DNA of 48,198 nt, taken from contig BCKQ01000001.1 in NCBI GenBank assembly GCA_001600695.1, forward strand, positions 2,230,769-2,278,966. Reading direction: 5' to 3'. The position numbers were made by a program, and so were the translations under genes. The notes under the pieces were generated by a model that saw only the letters and a program-made list of their open reading frames with translations, had not been told where the DNA came from and ran no database searches. This DNA is from Ascoidea asiatica JCM 7603 (Eukaryota; Fungi; Ascomycota). This document shows, one piece after another, positions 10,244 to 22,657 of the stretch (positions are counted from its first letter, which is position 1; every line of letters begins with the position of its first letter).

Positions 10244-13200
10244 ATGAATAGTAATAGACCACCTCAGAACGTTGAAAATAATAGCAAACCTTTACCAGAA
10301 AGTATTGAGCAAGCTCTTGGATATTCAGCGCTAAAGTACTTAATTCCAACTCAAGATGGTAAGTTTGTTCCAAAATTCAGTGATTATCAAAATGATTCAT
10401 TTCTAACTAATTATTTTTTTTCTCAAATTGATAGTTGTTCCATTGTCTACTCCTTCTATAGTTGGTATGTCGGATTGTTTTATACCTCTAAATTCATATC
10501 AGAGATCGCACTTAGATAGATTAAACTATGAAAGTTCTAGAAACAATGCTGAAGTTGAGCCTATTGTTCAATATATTTCTCAATTGGTATCTGAACCCGA
10601 TGATTTCACGCCTCCAATCTCAAGTTTAAAATTCAAGAATCCTTTTGTTTTATCAGATAAGGCTAGAAATTTTAAAGGCACTACGCTAAATGCAGGTTTT
10701 AAAGGAAATTCGCATGGTTGTTTAGATGAACTTCCGTATACTAATCGAGAGGTTCTCAATAGAACTTTAAGTTTACAGCCTATTGAACTTCATTTATCTT
10801 TGCCGACTTTGGCAAATGGTGAAAAAAAAACAGAGAATATTCTAAAAAGTAATTTCAATAATGATGCTGATGAAAACATTCTAGAATGTAATTTCAGTAA
10901 TGATGATCAAGAAAATGGTTTTTTCAAAAGAAATGGTAGTTCTTCTGATAAGGCTTTTTCTATTGGAAAAAAAAAGCAGAGGATAAAGTCTATTAATAGA
11001 AGTTTATCTTTTACTACTCAAAAAGAAAATATAATAGAAATTTCAGATGATGAATCCATTGAAAAAAAAGTTGACTTTACTAAAAAAAAACATAATATTG
11101 GCCAGCTCGATGATCTAAACAATGATTTTTACAATTTCAATAATGAGATTGAATTACTGTCAAAACACTCTAAGAAGGGATCGAATCATCAACTTAGAAA
11201 GGAAAACGAACCAGGAAATGAAATAGAAAATACTATCAATGATTTGGATAGTGATATTGAATTGATATCTACCACACAATCTCCAATAAAAGAGAGACAG
11301 TCTTCCTATATAGAATATCAACAATTACAATTAAAAGCAGTTAAAAATCTTATCAGACTTATCAAGAAAATAGGGTTTGAAGATTCCAGCATTTCTATTC
11401 GATCAAATCCTGATTTTTGGATCAAATCTCCTTTAATTGCTTCTGAAGATGCAACAAATGGATCTAACTATTGCCTTAGCGAATATGTTTTGATAAAGTT
11501 TGATGATTATTTATCCAGATGCTTTTCAAAAAGCTCTAATAGTCCTTCTTTTACTATTCCAAATAATGATGTTTTGGATTGCACATATATTTTAAGAATA
11601 GAATCTCTTTGCTTGAAAGCTTTGAAAATTTGTTGTAATTTCCAATGGTCGGATATCTTAAAAACTAAAGAAGAGATTCAAAATTCTGAAACAACATTAT
11701 CTTTTTCTGATGAAGATGTTTTACTTTTGAAGTTTGCAAATAATGGGTTACGTTGTTGTTCTATTATTATGAATATATTTTGCTCAGGAAGAAAAGAACT
11801 CAAGTTATATCTGGAGGATTATATTAAGCCTGTTATTTTTTTTCTTTATAAATTGACTGAAGAAGTCATTTTGCCTATAATATACAATGGATCAGCTTTC
11901 AAGAAGATATACGATTCAAATAACTTTAAATTTTTGAAAAAAATGATTGATGGAATTTTATCATTTTTAGTAAAGATTTTCCAACAACTTGTCGATTACC
12001 TAAATTCAATCAATGATGATAAAACACTCGAATTGCAGATTTTCAATGATTTTTTAGTTACAAAATTAGAGTATCTTTGTACAATGATAATATTTATTTT
12101 CAATCAAGAAACATCTGCTTCAAATTCTAGGGTTGTATCAGCTTCTTTACTTGGTTCAATTCAGACCACTTCAATTGATATTTTAGAATCCATCTTTAAA
12201 AATTTCCCTGATCAAAGAAGTTTTATTCTAGAAGAAATTTTAACAAATTTTGATCCAGAAAAAATCCCAAGCAGTAAAGCTCTAGCAAGACAGTTTAAAA
12301 TATTAAATAGATCTCTTAATGTTCAGTCCTTTTCAGTTTTGGTTCTAAAATTAGTTCAATCTTTCAATATTTCCGAATTTAAGTTCGGTTATCCAATATG
12401 GGATTATAATAGTAATTCTCATAGTGGTTTATCTAAAAGGGAGATGAAAATTGAAAGAAAAAAATATTTTGAGGAATTATTAAAATTCAAAGAATTTTTG
12501 ATGTCCAGATACAAATTACTAGATAATTTCTGTAATCAAATTTCTTCTTTCATTATAACTAAAATTTCTAAAAGGCCGGATTCTCAGAATAAACATTTAT
12601 TTGAAATGTTTTTAGAAGATCTTTTAAATCTTTTGAGATTTCCTGAGTGGGCATGTTCCGAGACTCTTCTTCTATCTTTGATGAGTACTATGATGTATGT
12701 ATTTCAATCTTCATCTTATTCTGCGATTGTTGAAACGTATTGCCTTGAAATGATAGGGCTTATTGGAACTGAAATTTTAGCGATAAAAAAAGAGAATAAG
12801 TTAATCAAAGAGAGAAATGGTGAAATAGCGTCAAATAATTCCTATAGTTCATCTTTTTTGATTTTACAGCTGAATATGATTAGCTCCGATTTCACTATAG
12901 TTATGAATTGTTATAGATCCGTTCTAGGTAAATTGCTAGCTAACAAACCTGCATTCGACTTTTTATTATTAAAGTGGCTTTATAATATGGAAAACTTTCT
13001 TCAAAAGATTTTAACAACAGACGAGTCTGATCTGGTTAATGCCCAAAAATTAAATTCTAATTCACAAACTGTCAATAATGATGATATGGAATCTAAAATA
13101 CATAAGCTCAAAGAACAAAGAAGAATTGAAAAACGACTTATTACTTCTACACCTTTACTTGGACGTCTGAAAAAAATCTATACTAATTTGCTCCAAATGT

Positions 13201-16019
13201 TAGACTCCGAGAATTATGATTTATTATTTCAAGGTTCATCTGATTCAAATAATGATGATGAATATTCAATTATTATTCTTTCTCAGCCGTTGCTAAATCT
13301 TTATGATAGCTTCTTAAATTTAGTAATTCAATCTTTGAATCATCCAAAAATTAAATCTAGAACTAGGGCGATTAAAAATTTAGCTTCTGTAATTAGAAAA
13401 GATTCTAGTTTGTTAAACATTGCCAAAATAAGAAATGGAATTTCGTCCAGACTAGATGATCCCTCTCCTTTGGTTAGAGACGCTATTGTAGATCTACTTT
13501 CTGATTACATTCTAAACAAGCCTGAAACTGTAAAAGAATTTTATCCAAATATTATAGCACACGCCAATGATTCATCTTTAGCTGTCAAAAAGAGGATTCT
13601 TAAATTGATTAAGGAAATCTATTTTAACTGTGAAGATCTATCGTTGAAAGTTCTTATTACTGAAAAATTATTAAGAGGAGTAAATGATGAGGAGGAAGCA
13701 ATTATTCAGTTAGTGACTGAAAATCTAATTTCTATCTGGATAATTTCTGTGAGAAATGCAATGAATAAGCGTGTCGTAAATCAGAAAGTAATAAAAGAAA
13801 TGATTCTTTCTAGAGTTGAGGTAATGGTTGAAGTTATCAATAAAAGTCAGAAAAATTGGGATTTATTTGAATATTTTATTTCAAAATATATTTTGTTTGA
13901 AGAAACAAATAAAGAAATCAAATCTTTGAGAAAACGAGCGAATGTCTTAGAATCTGAAATATCTCGTACCGAAATGTTATCCACATTTAACTTATTAGTA
14001 GAAGAGTCCTTGGATTTTGTTATTCAAAAAAATGATGCTGAAATATCTTCTCTGGATGATAATAGGTCGGAAATGAAAATTCAAAATACTCAAGAAAAAG
14101 TTGAAAAATATATTGGATTAATTGCTCTTCTTAGTAAATGTGATGGAAAGCTAATAAGCCAGGATCAACTAATGTGCTTACAGCCATATTTAACTGATGA
14201 AACTTCAACAGGAAGTGCTATTTGCTATTTTTCTTTACAAATTTTCAAAAATACCCTACCAGAATTGAAGGCTGTGAGGCCTAAATTTCTTGAAGAAGCT
14301 GAACTTTCGTTGTTAAAAAGATTATCCAAGTTTAATGTTAAAGAGTTGGCAGAAGCAATGCCATGCTTATGGTTGATTTCAAATTTAAGGAATAACATTA
14401 ATAAAATCTCAAATGCGTGTTGTTCATGCTTGAGGCTAATGAAACCATTTGTGAATAAATTAACTTTTCAAGAAAAAGATTATGACTTTTTCAAAACACC
14501 TAATCCTACAGTAATAAGATTGTTATATTTAATAGGTAACTTTGGTAAATTTTGCAACTTTGATAATCACAGGGAAACTTTCCTAAAGGCAGGGTTAGGA
14601 TTGAAAGAAAATGAAAGTATAACAAGTTTATTAACTAAATACGTATTAATATTCTGTAATGAAAAATTAGAAAATCCACAGATTCACCGTGTTGCTATTA
14701 GAAATTTATTTGATATTTGTTCTAATCACCCCAAATTTTTTATGTTGGAATCAATAATGAAAATTTTCGATAATGAATTTCAAACTAAAAAAGAAGAGGA
14801 TGTAGATACAACAGAAGTTATCATAGAGGGGCTAATCGACTTTTTAGCAGAAGAGGAAAAAAAATCTATAAAACGAAGTGGAATGGGAATCAAATCGTCC
14901 AAATCTGATAAATTAGAAATAAATGTATTTCATGGAACTACTTCTACATACGTTAATGATGGTATATGTGCTTCATTAGTACAAAGATATATTGGCTATA
15001 TATTAGAACTTAGTTTAATTGATTCCGGATTACGTTCATATCTACCTACAAAATTCATTGAAACTGTCGTGGACCAAGGATTTGCTAACCCTAGAATATG
15101 TATTACGACTATAATAGCATTAGAAAGCTCCCCGGATTCAGGTATTCGTAATATGGCAATTGAAATGCATAAAGAATTGCATGATAAGCATGAGTCATTA
15201 ATTGATTCCAGTTATATTGATGGGATAAGACAAGTTTTACATTTTAGAAAAAAAATTGTCGATGACAATGATCCAAGTTCTTATTTTTCAATAATCGATA
15301 ACATTGGGTTTATGAAAACATTTTATGGTATAATAAGCACATCTAGATCCTCTAAAAGAAAATTTTTTTTGTCTATGAATAGATCTTTTGACATTGATAC
15401 TTCTAAATACTTAAATGATTCGACTGAAGATAATGTTAACAAATTAAAGGAGGAGCGTGATTTTATAGTTTTTGTAACAATTAATCTCTCATTTTGTGAT
15501 TTATCAACTTTGGAAGAGCTATATTTAATATGCTATAATTTAAGTCGAATAATATCAAAGAATGGATTGAATGTATCATATGAAATTGAAAAACTAAAAG
15601 AAAATAATGTTACAGATTTTTTAAGCTGGAAAATAGTTGGTTACCTTTCACAAATTTTTAGTATTCTAGTTCTATATAAGGAGTTTGTTTTTAAAAAATT
15701 CAACTTATCAGAAGAAAAAATGAATAGTTTTCAGCCTAATAAGGCTCAGGATAAAGATCTCAAATCAAATCCAAGAGATTATCATCCCGAAATAAGAATC
15801 TCATTTAATTCAATTGGTTTATTAGAAGAATTGGATTCAGTGACCACTTGTTTGGAAATTGCAAATAATTTTATTAGCTTATTGGCTATAAATTCAAACA
15901 ATAGAGATGAATCTATTCATGAAAATGAAGTTAGCCCTAAGAAGGCTAGAATCCCAAGTGCAATCAAGTCCAATGATTTCGATTTTATTGGAAGTAATAT
16001 AATCGATATCGATCTCTAA
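10244..16019 (+). CDS. SCC2: Cohesin loader subunit Scc2/NIPBL; join(10244..10358,10435..16019)
   Basis: HEAT-repeat body with DQRSFILEEIL, PEWACSETLL, RLDDPSPLVRDAIVDLL, VDQGFANP and LHDKHESLI. Exon 1 (MNSNRPP...PESIEQALGYSALKYLIPTQD) resembles the Scc4-binding N-terminus of yeast Scc2. The ORF-track TTG start at 10428 lies inside the intron. Confidence 0.93.
10359..10434 (+). other. Spliceosomal intron (76 nt, phase 1) in SCC2
   Basis: GTAAGT at 10359, TTCTAACTAA at 10401-10410, a pyrimidine tract and TAG ending at 10434. G+TT rejoins the long frame. Confidence 0.85.
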
Positions 16020-16238
16020 GTAATTTAAGGTATATCGATATGTTATGAGTATAAATGTAAAGTAGAATTTTTTTTGTTATTTTACTATTAGTAATGGTTG
16101 TAGTGTCAGTAATGGTAGTTGATTTGATATTTTGAATTGTATGTAGTAACTAACTTCAGATTAATGTTCTTTTCGAAGGACGTTAAATCAAGCGCAGAGA
16201 ATAAAATTAAGCATGGGGAAAATACAAATGGTGATCGT

Positions 16239-16246
16239 GTCACGTG
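16239..16246. promoter_or_regulatory. Cbf1 site (GTCACGTG) in the MET4-like promoter
   Basis: Exact RTCACGTG about 205 bp upstream of the ATG at 16451. Confidence 0.65.
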
Positions 16247-16450
16247 CAATGAGACAATATCATTGCTAAAAGTGAAAAAAGTGAGTTTAAAAATGATTTT
16301 AAGGAAGACTCAAAACAAATTAGATGGTTTACATCAAAAACTCCTTCTTATTAATTTATTTTAACTTATTTCTTCTTGCTATATCTTATTATATTTTTCA
16401 TTTTCAAGAGACCTTCAATCTAATCATAAACCTTTTATTCCTTTTATAGA

Positions 16451-18130
16451 ATGTCCAACAATTCAAGGCAATTTTCTGAAACTGGCTTCAACAATAGTAT
16501 GGGTAGCTATAATGATGTTAGAAGTCATTCTGGCAACAATAATAACAGAAATAATAGTAACATTGTAACTATTAGTGACAATATGATAAACGATAATAAT
16601 AATTTTGCTTTAAGTTCTAGTAATGGAGGCTCTCCAACCAATGGATTTAGTAATTCCAATGATACAACTCCAACCGCATTATTAGAGCAATTGGCTTATG
16701 TAGATTATATGCTTCCAGATATGGAACAGGATCCAAATATGTTACAAGAAAGTTTGGCTGCAGTTTTTAATAACAAGCCTTTTATTTTTGCAGATGAAGA
16801 AACAAAAAATAATCATAATAGCGATAATAGTATCGATAGTAACGAAATCAACAATGGAAATATCAATAGGAACAATAATAACATGAATAGTGCTCATATC
16901 GATAGTCATTCCAATAAAATGAACAATAATGCTTTTGATTCATCTCTTGGATATTCTTCAAATACAAGTCCTAATATAGTTTTAAACGGTGCTCCCAACT
17001 TTTATGGGTTCCGAGATGATAATATAAATACTAATTTAAACAATAATAATAGCTTTCAAAATATTGTTGATTCAGAGAATTCAAACTCTGGTCGTATCAA
17101 TAATTCTCAACAGACTTTTCTTGATTTAATTACAGCCCCAGTTGATTTGACAATACCCATTCATCAAAATCAACTGAACCATCATATTCATAATCATAAT
17201 CGAAATTTACCTCAAGTAAAGTATCAGCAAGAAATGAATGAAAATGCTCTTTTCAATGCTCCTTCATCCTATAGTACTGTGAATAATTTTGAATCTCGAA
17301 TTTCAATGGAACAATTGAAAAGTCGTTCTCGGATTGAAGAACCTACTCGAATTCCAGTTCCACCAGGAGCCAAATCTTCTTTAGAGAAGGCAGGGCTTTC
17401 AAATGAACAAATTGAAGCGCTTGCTCTATTAATAGCTCAACATAAGTCTAGCCAGCAAAATAAGGAATCAAATGATATATTTCCTCGATCCCAAATATTA
17501 CAAAATCAATCTCCAGTAAATACTGAAATATATAATACTCCTAAATCTTCAATAGGCAGTCCAAAAATAATCAATTCAGTACCAAAGGAGATTAATTCAA
17601 TTTCAGTGCCCAAAATTAAATCCCAAAATTTAGAAGGTTCTAATAAAGATCATAAATCTGATTCTAGATTTTCTAAATTATTAGATTTTCAACCTGAAAC
17701 AAATATAATAAAAAAAGAATCTTTTCAATTACCCAATTCAGCCTTGATTCCTTCTGTTTCTCCTGAATTTAGTTCCCCGGAAAATCAAAGAAAAAACTCA
17801 TTTAGTAATTCAAATGACAGTTACTCTTCTGAAGTTTCACAAACTGGAACAATTGATTTGGATAAACGAAGAAGAAATACTGCAGCTTCTGCTAGATTTA
17901 GAATAAAGAAAAAAATCAAAGAACAACAATTGGAAAGAAATTTAAAAGATCTCAAAGAAGTATCAACAAAATTAGAATCAAAAATAAAAAATTTAACAAT
18001 GGAAAATAACTTATTAAAAAATTTAATTTTTGAGAAAAATTTACAGAAAAATAATCACGAATTAGAAATGTTAAAAAAAAAGGCATTAGAACAATTCAGT
18101 ACTAAAAATTCAAAACTTGAAAAAAAATAA
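16451..18130 (+). CDS. MET4: Sulfur-regulon bZIP activator (Met4/Cys-3/MetR family)
   Basis: Met4 activation motif PTALLEQLAYVD, FIFADEETK (similar to Met4 FIFPDEDK), and C-terminal bZIP DKRRRNTAASARFRIKKK with a leucine zipper. Confidence 0.85.
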   Translation: MSNNSRQFSETGFNNSMGSYNDVRSHSGNNNNRNNSNIVTISDNMINDNNNFALSSSNGGSPTNGFSNSNDTTPTALLEQLAYVDYMLPDMEQDPNMLQESLAAVFNNKPFIFADEETKNNHNSDNSIDSNEINNGNINRNNNNMNSAHIDSHSNKMNNNAFDSSLGYSSNTSPNIVLNGAPNFYGFRDDNINTNLNNNNSFQNIVDSENSNSGRINNSQQTFLDLITAPVDLTIPIHQNQLNHHIHNHNRNLPQVKYQQEMNENALFNAPSSYSTVNNFESRISMEQLKSRSRIEEPTRIPVPPGAKSSLEKAGLSNEQIEALALLIAQHKSSQQNKESNDIFPRSQILQNQSPVNTEIYNTPKSSIGSPKIINSVPKEINSISVPKIKSQNLEGSNKDHKSDSRFSKLLDFQPETNIIKKESFQLPNSALIPSVSPEFSSPENQRKNSFSNSNDSYSSEVSQTGTIDLDKRRRNTAASARFRIKKKIKEQQLERNLKDLKEVSTKLESKIKNLTMENNLLKNLIFEKNLQKNNHELEMLKKKALEQFSTKNSKLEKK

Positions 18131-18739
18131 AAATTTTCATTCTATTCTAGTTATTTTATTTTTTTTCATGAGTTTTAATGAATAATGGGCTTACTATTTA
18201 TTTTGTCTATGGATATTTTGGTTTTGTAATAATCTTTTCGATTTTTTGTTTTTTTTATTTTATTTTTATTTTTTTTACATAGAATTAAGCAAGTTTATAT
18301 ACATGTATTTTTAAAGAACTTCTTGTTAAGCTGAGAGTAGCAAAACAAATAACTAAAATGTAGGTGTGAAATTATAAACTGCAACCTTAAGGAAATTATC
18401 TTAACTAATTATGATATTAACTTTATTGCTACAGTAGTGATTTTTACAGAGATAATTAATAGAAACGATAACGTTAATAATCTGCCGCAAGCATTTTTTT
18501 GTGGGTACCGGGAGAAAATTTCTAAATTTAAAGAATCCGTTTTTCTGGTCTCAAATAAATCATGTGAATAATTTTTTTTTGCCAAATAATTTTTCTATTT
18601 TGAAAAATTGATTTTACTAGAATTTTAATGTAACCTTAAAAATTTTTGAAATATATTTCAGTGCTTTAGAATGAAAGATTGATTTTGAGCAAAAACTCTT
18701 CCGGAACTATTTTTTTCATCTTAAAAAGAAAATTCACAA

Positions 18740-20899
18740 ATGAACATGTATGAAGAAAATGATGCTATTGTTGTCATCAAAGGGCAAGAGTTCGTTGATG
18801 AAGAAATTACTAGTGAGTCTGAAAACGATTATCAGAGTGATAATGATTCCGTTCTTTCATATGATGAAAATGAATTGGTAACGTTGGATAAAATATTGGA
18901 TCAGCATGATTCTGAGGATGAAAATTTTGCAGAGTTAAGATCAGATCATGATTCTGACTCTGATTCTGGTTCTGAATCTGGTTCTGAAAGTGAAGGTTCA
19001 TCTGAAGATGATCAAGATGAAGATGATCAAGATATTTTTCTTAATGATAATAATGAAGATGCTTCCTTGAGTAATACAATAAAAAATTTAAAAGAAAAAA
19101 GTAGAAAATCTTCCGGCAGAGCTAAAAGTCAATTAACTTCTTTGTCAAGTTTAAAAGCAAATGATTTAAATCTTCCATCCTCAAATGCTACATCCACAAA
19201 GCTTTCTTTAACAGATATGCTTGCTTTCTCCAATGGAAAATCAGATGCTATATTGCTAAAAAGAAATGAAAATGAAAGTAAAAATGATTCAGAAAATAAA
19301 TCTACTAAGCCATTAGATATTCCATTACCACAAAGAATTAGACAACGATTTGATAGGCAGGCAGCTTTTGAAATGACAAAAGAAAATTTAGATAAATGGG
19401 AAAAAGATAATCCTAAAGGTTTGGATTTAAAAAAAATTGAAAAAGAAAATAAAGTTAATGTTAAAGCTTCTACTTTTACTCCAGTGACTAAACCTATAAA
19501 TGATTTTGAGAGAAAAATTCAATCTGTTTTAAAGAAATCTTGTTTAGAAGACGATAAAAAAGAATCTAATTTTGAGCAAATAAAGACTTCTAAAATGTCA
19601 GCTTCTGATTTAAAAAAAAAGCAAAATCAATTAAGAATGATGAGAGAATTAATGTTTAGAGAAGAAGCTAAATCTAGAAGAATTAAAAAAATAAAAAGTA
19701 AGAAGTTTAGAAAAATTAGAAAGAAAGATATCATGAAAAATAAAGATTTGGTTGAATCTGAAGACGAAGAAGAAAATGAAGATGATCAGCATTTACAAAG
19801 AGCAGCAGCTAGAATGTCATTAAAACATCAAAATAATAAATGGGCTAAAGATATGACAAAACATGGAATGTCTAAAGATAAAGAAACTCGATCAGAAATT
19901 GAAGCTGCCGCCAGAAGAGCTCAAGAATTAAAAAAGAGAATAAGTGGAAATAATGGTGATGTTGATGAATTTGAGGATGATAAATTAAGTGATCTTGAGA
20001 GTCAAAATGGAGAAGAAGATGCTTCTATTGATGAAAAGAGATCTAAAGCTGGTAAAACAGGTGTTCTTAATATGGCATTTATGAAGGTTGCAGAAGAAAA
20101 ATTAAAAAGAGAAAATAAAGAGAATTTAAAAACTTTAAGAGATTTAGAACAAGGTTTAGATATCAATGAGCTTAATGACGATAATCCTGAAAGTGCCAAA
20201 ATAGTTTTGAATGAAGGAAGAAGGGTTTATGCTCCAGAATCAACAGTTGCACAAAGTGAATTGACAAAAGAAAATCAAAAAACTAAAAATGATATAGACA
20301 TTGAAAATAGTAAATCTTTGAAAAACAAATTATCAGGAAAACCTAAAAGAGTCCATAAGCCAGAGACATCTAATCAAGATAAAGCTCTTGAAAAAATTTC
20401 TCAAGATACTAAAGCCGGTAGTGAATATGTGAATCCATGGCTTGATGATACTGAGGAAGCCACTAATAATGAATCTGTATATCTTAAATCACAAAAATTA
20501 CATATTATTGATAAAGATTCAAGTAGAGCTGCCAAACAGACGAATAAATTAAAGAAATCGATGGAAAAAAGTAAAGGTAGTAAATCTAGAAAAGAAGAAG
20601 TACTTATTGATAATAATGAAACTTTATACACCGCAGATATTTATGCCTCAGAAAATGAAGAAGCAGAACATGCTAACGAAAAAGATAATATTTTTATGTT
20701 CCAAGATAAAAAAATCATAGCTGAAGCTTTTGCTGGAGATGATGTTGTTAAAGAATTCAAGGATGAACAGAGGAAGTTGAAAAGAGAGCAAAGAAAAGCC
20801 AATAAGCACAAACCACAGGTATTGCCAGGATGGGGTTCTTGGGCTGGAACAAACGGCCCTTCAAAGAAAAAGCGAAAGAAAGCCAAGGTAAAAGCTTGA
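18740..20899 (+). CDS. UTP14: SSU processome component Utp14 (ends shortly after the LPGWGSWAG motif)
   Basis: Motifs PLPQRIRQRFDRQAAFE, LRMMRELMFREEAKSRRIKKIKSK, ARMSLKH, EAFAGDDVVKEF and LPGWGSWAG. RRPE-like TGAAAAATT at 18601. Confidence 0.92.
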   Translation: MNMYEENDAIVVIKGQEFVDEEITSESENDYQSDNDSVLSYDENELVTLDKILDQHDSEDENFAELRSDHDSDSDSGSESGSESEGSSEDDQDEDDQDIFLNDNNEDASLSNTIKNLKEKSRKSSGRAKSQLTSLSSLKANDLNLPSSNATSTKLSLTDMLAFSNGKSDAILLKRNENESKNDSENKSTKPLDIPLPQRIRQRFDRQAAFEMTKENLDKWEKDNPKGLDLKKIEKENKVNVKASTFTPVTKPINDFERKIQSVLKKSCLEDDKKESNFEQIKTSKMSASDLKKKQNQLRMMRELMFREEAKSRRIKKIKSKKFRKIRKKDIMKNKDLVESEDEEENEDDQHLQRAAARMSLKHQNNKWAKDMTKHGMSKDKETRSEIEAAARRAQELKKRISGNNGDVDEFEDDKLSDLESQNGEEDASIDEKRSKAGKTGVLNMAFMKVAEEKLKRENKENLKTLRDLEQGLDINELNDDNPESAKIVLNEGRRVYAPESTVAQSELTKENQKTKNDIDIENSKSLKNKLSGKPKRVHKPETSNQDKALEKISQDTKAGSEYVNPWLDDTEEATNNESVYLKSQKLHIIDKDSSRAAKQTNKLKKSMEKSKGSKSRKEEVLIDNNETLYTADIYASENEEAEHANEKDNIFMFQDKKIIAEAFAGDDVVKEFKDEQRKLKREQRKANKHKPQVLPGWGSWAGTNGPSKKKRKKAKVKA

Positions 20900-21340
20900 A
20901 CTTTCATAAAAATCTATATTATAAAATTAGTATAAAATTAATTCTTCTTTAGTAAATATAATAATTCTGGACATTATTTAGTCTATAATGGAAACTTTGC
21001 TTTTTCTGCCTATTCCTAACCGATGGACTTACCGTATTTGAAATTAGCCTTCCGCTACGCTTTGAAAAATATAATTTTTTAAGACCCGCAATCCTGGGAT
21101 AAACCTTTTTTAACAAAAAAAATTATTTTAAATTCAAATTTATTGATTTTGAAAATCAATCAGTTAACTCTCACTTCGATAGCTTTAGTTCTATAAAAAT
21201 TTAAGCCAGAATATACAAGTTTGTTAAATATATATTTATATATATATATATAATAAATATATATAAAAACGGTTGAAGATCCTTTTTCAGATTTTCCAAA
21301 GACTAAATTACCAAACAGCACTAAAGACAATCTAATCGCA

Positions 21341-22039
21341 ATGGAGTTTTCTTCAAATACTTCAAAAAGTACTTCAGTGAATAATGTTAACAATCTATTA
21401 TCTTCCATGTTCCCTGCTGCTAAAGATATAGCTTTCCAGGATAACAGTAGTAATAAATCTCAAAAAAAATCAAAACGAGTGAAAAGCAGGAAGTTAGCTG
21501 CTGTACAGTTAATAAATGAGCAGACCATAAATTCTTTTACCTTAAGTCCAGCAGAAGTAAAATCGCATAAAGAAAAGGAAAAAAGAATTAGAAAAAAAAA
21601 AATATCTCAAGTGAAAAAACAGAAAGATATTTTGAAAAATCAAGCAAAATTGAATACACTAAAAGAATACCTTAATTCTACAGATAAAGATAAATTAGAA
21701 CTTAATTCGGAGGAAAGAAAATTTTTAGATGCTACTATATCTGCTAATATCAAAAGAGTTCAGAATAAAAATATAAAAGATGATATAAGTAAAGAAATAA
21801 AGAGCATCGAAAACGAGATTTTGAAAGAAAGGTACGCAAATGAGAATAAGAAATCAAGAAGAGCTAAGAAAAGAAAAGTTAAAGAATTTACTAGTTCAGT
21901 CACTGGTAAGCATGCTCAAAATTCCAAAAATAGAGCTTTTGCTTATCCAGGTTTAACACCTGGTTTAGCCCCTATTGGTTTAAGTGACGATGAATCATCT
22001 GATGATGAAGAGCTTGACAAGTTATTTTCAAATAAATAA
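21341..22039 (+). CDS. RRT14: Regulator of rDNA transcription Rrt14
   Basis: Lys-rich protein with the characteristic C-terminal YPGLTPGLAPIGLSDDESSDDEE and N-terminal VNNLLSSMFP. Confidence 0.85.
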   Translation: MEFSSNTSKSTSVNNVNNLLSSMFPAAKDIAFQDNSSNKSQKKSKRVKSRKLAAVQLINEQTINSFTLSPAEVKSHKEKEKRIRKKKISQVKKQKDILKNQAKLNTLKEYLNSTDKDKLELNSEERKFLDATISANIKRVQNKNIKDDISKEIKSIENEILKERYANENKKSRRAKKRKVKEFTSSVTGKHAQNSKNRAFAYPGLTPGLAPIGLSDDESSDDEELDKLFSNK

Positions 22040-22657
22040 TATAGACAATTTATTAAATATTTTTTTATTTCATTTTAAACCCATATTCATTGTAAATTAC
22101 GTAAATATTTATTACCGACTTTTCGAAAAACAACGAATAAGTGCAAAATGAAATTATAGTTCATCATTTAATAAAAGTGATGTAAATCTTCTGTTAAAAA
22201 ATCGTTTGAAATAATTTCTTCATTGGTATTAGAAATAGCAGAATTTTTTTAAAAAAAATTCGACTAGCACTATCTTAGAAAAGTCTGATTCTTTTCAGAT
22301 ATTCTCTCCAGATATACAGAATACTATTAGCACTTTTTGAAGAAAAGACAATTGCATAAATATAAATCTACTTTTTGGAATTACTCATTAAATATTTAAT
22401 TTTCTAAAATATAAAATCAAATTCATAGGCTTTTATAATAATTATAAAAAATGTAGAAAACTGAAAAAAAAAAATGAAAAAATATAATATAAAGGTCATA
22501 ATTTATTGCTATTGAAAAGTAAAGCCAGTAAGCTTTAAAAATCGCAGAAAAAGACCGTCAGTACTGTAGTGAATTTATAAGCCCTTACCATAATACAATT
22601 TTGTTTAATTATAAGCTTGTTAGTTCAAAGACCATAATTTCACACCAAACTCATACC

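Noticed and set aside
10196-10519. 107-aa ORF listed separately from SCC2
   Set aside because: It is SCC2 exon 1 read through into the intron, not a separate gene.
16137-16364. 75-aa ORF upstream of MET4
   Set aside because: Non-ATG start, overlaps the Cbf1 site, and has no coding signature.
20888-20952. Possible intron rescuing the UTP14 C-terminus
   Set aside because: The donor GTAAAA is non-consensus, there is no branch motif, and the best acceptor is followed immediately by TAA.
21001-21110. GC-richer patch considered as a tRNA or U1-like RNA (ACTTACC)
   Set aside because: No cloverleaf, A/B boxes or U1 stem pattern. More likely the RRT14 promoter.
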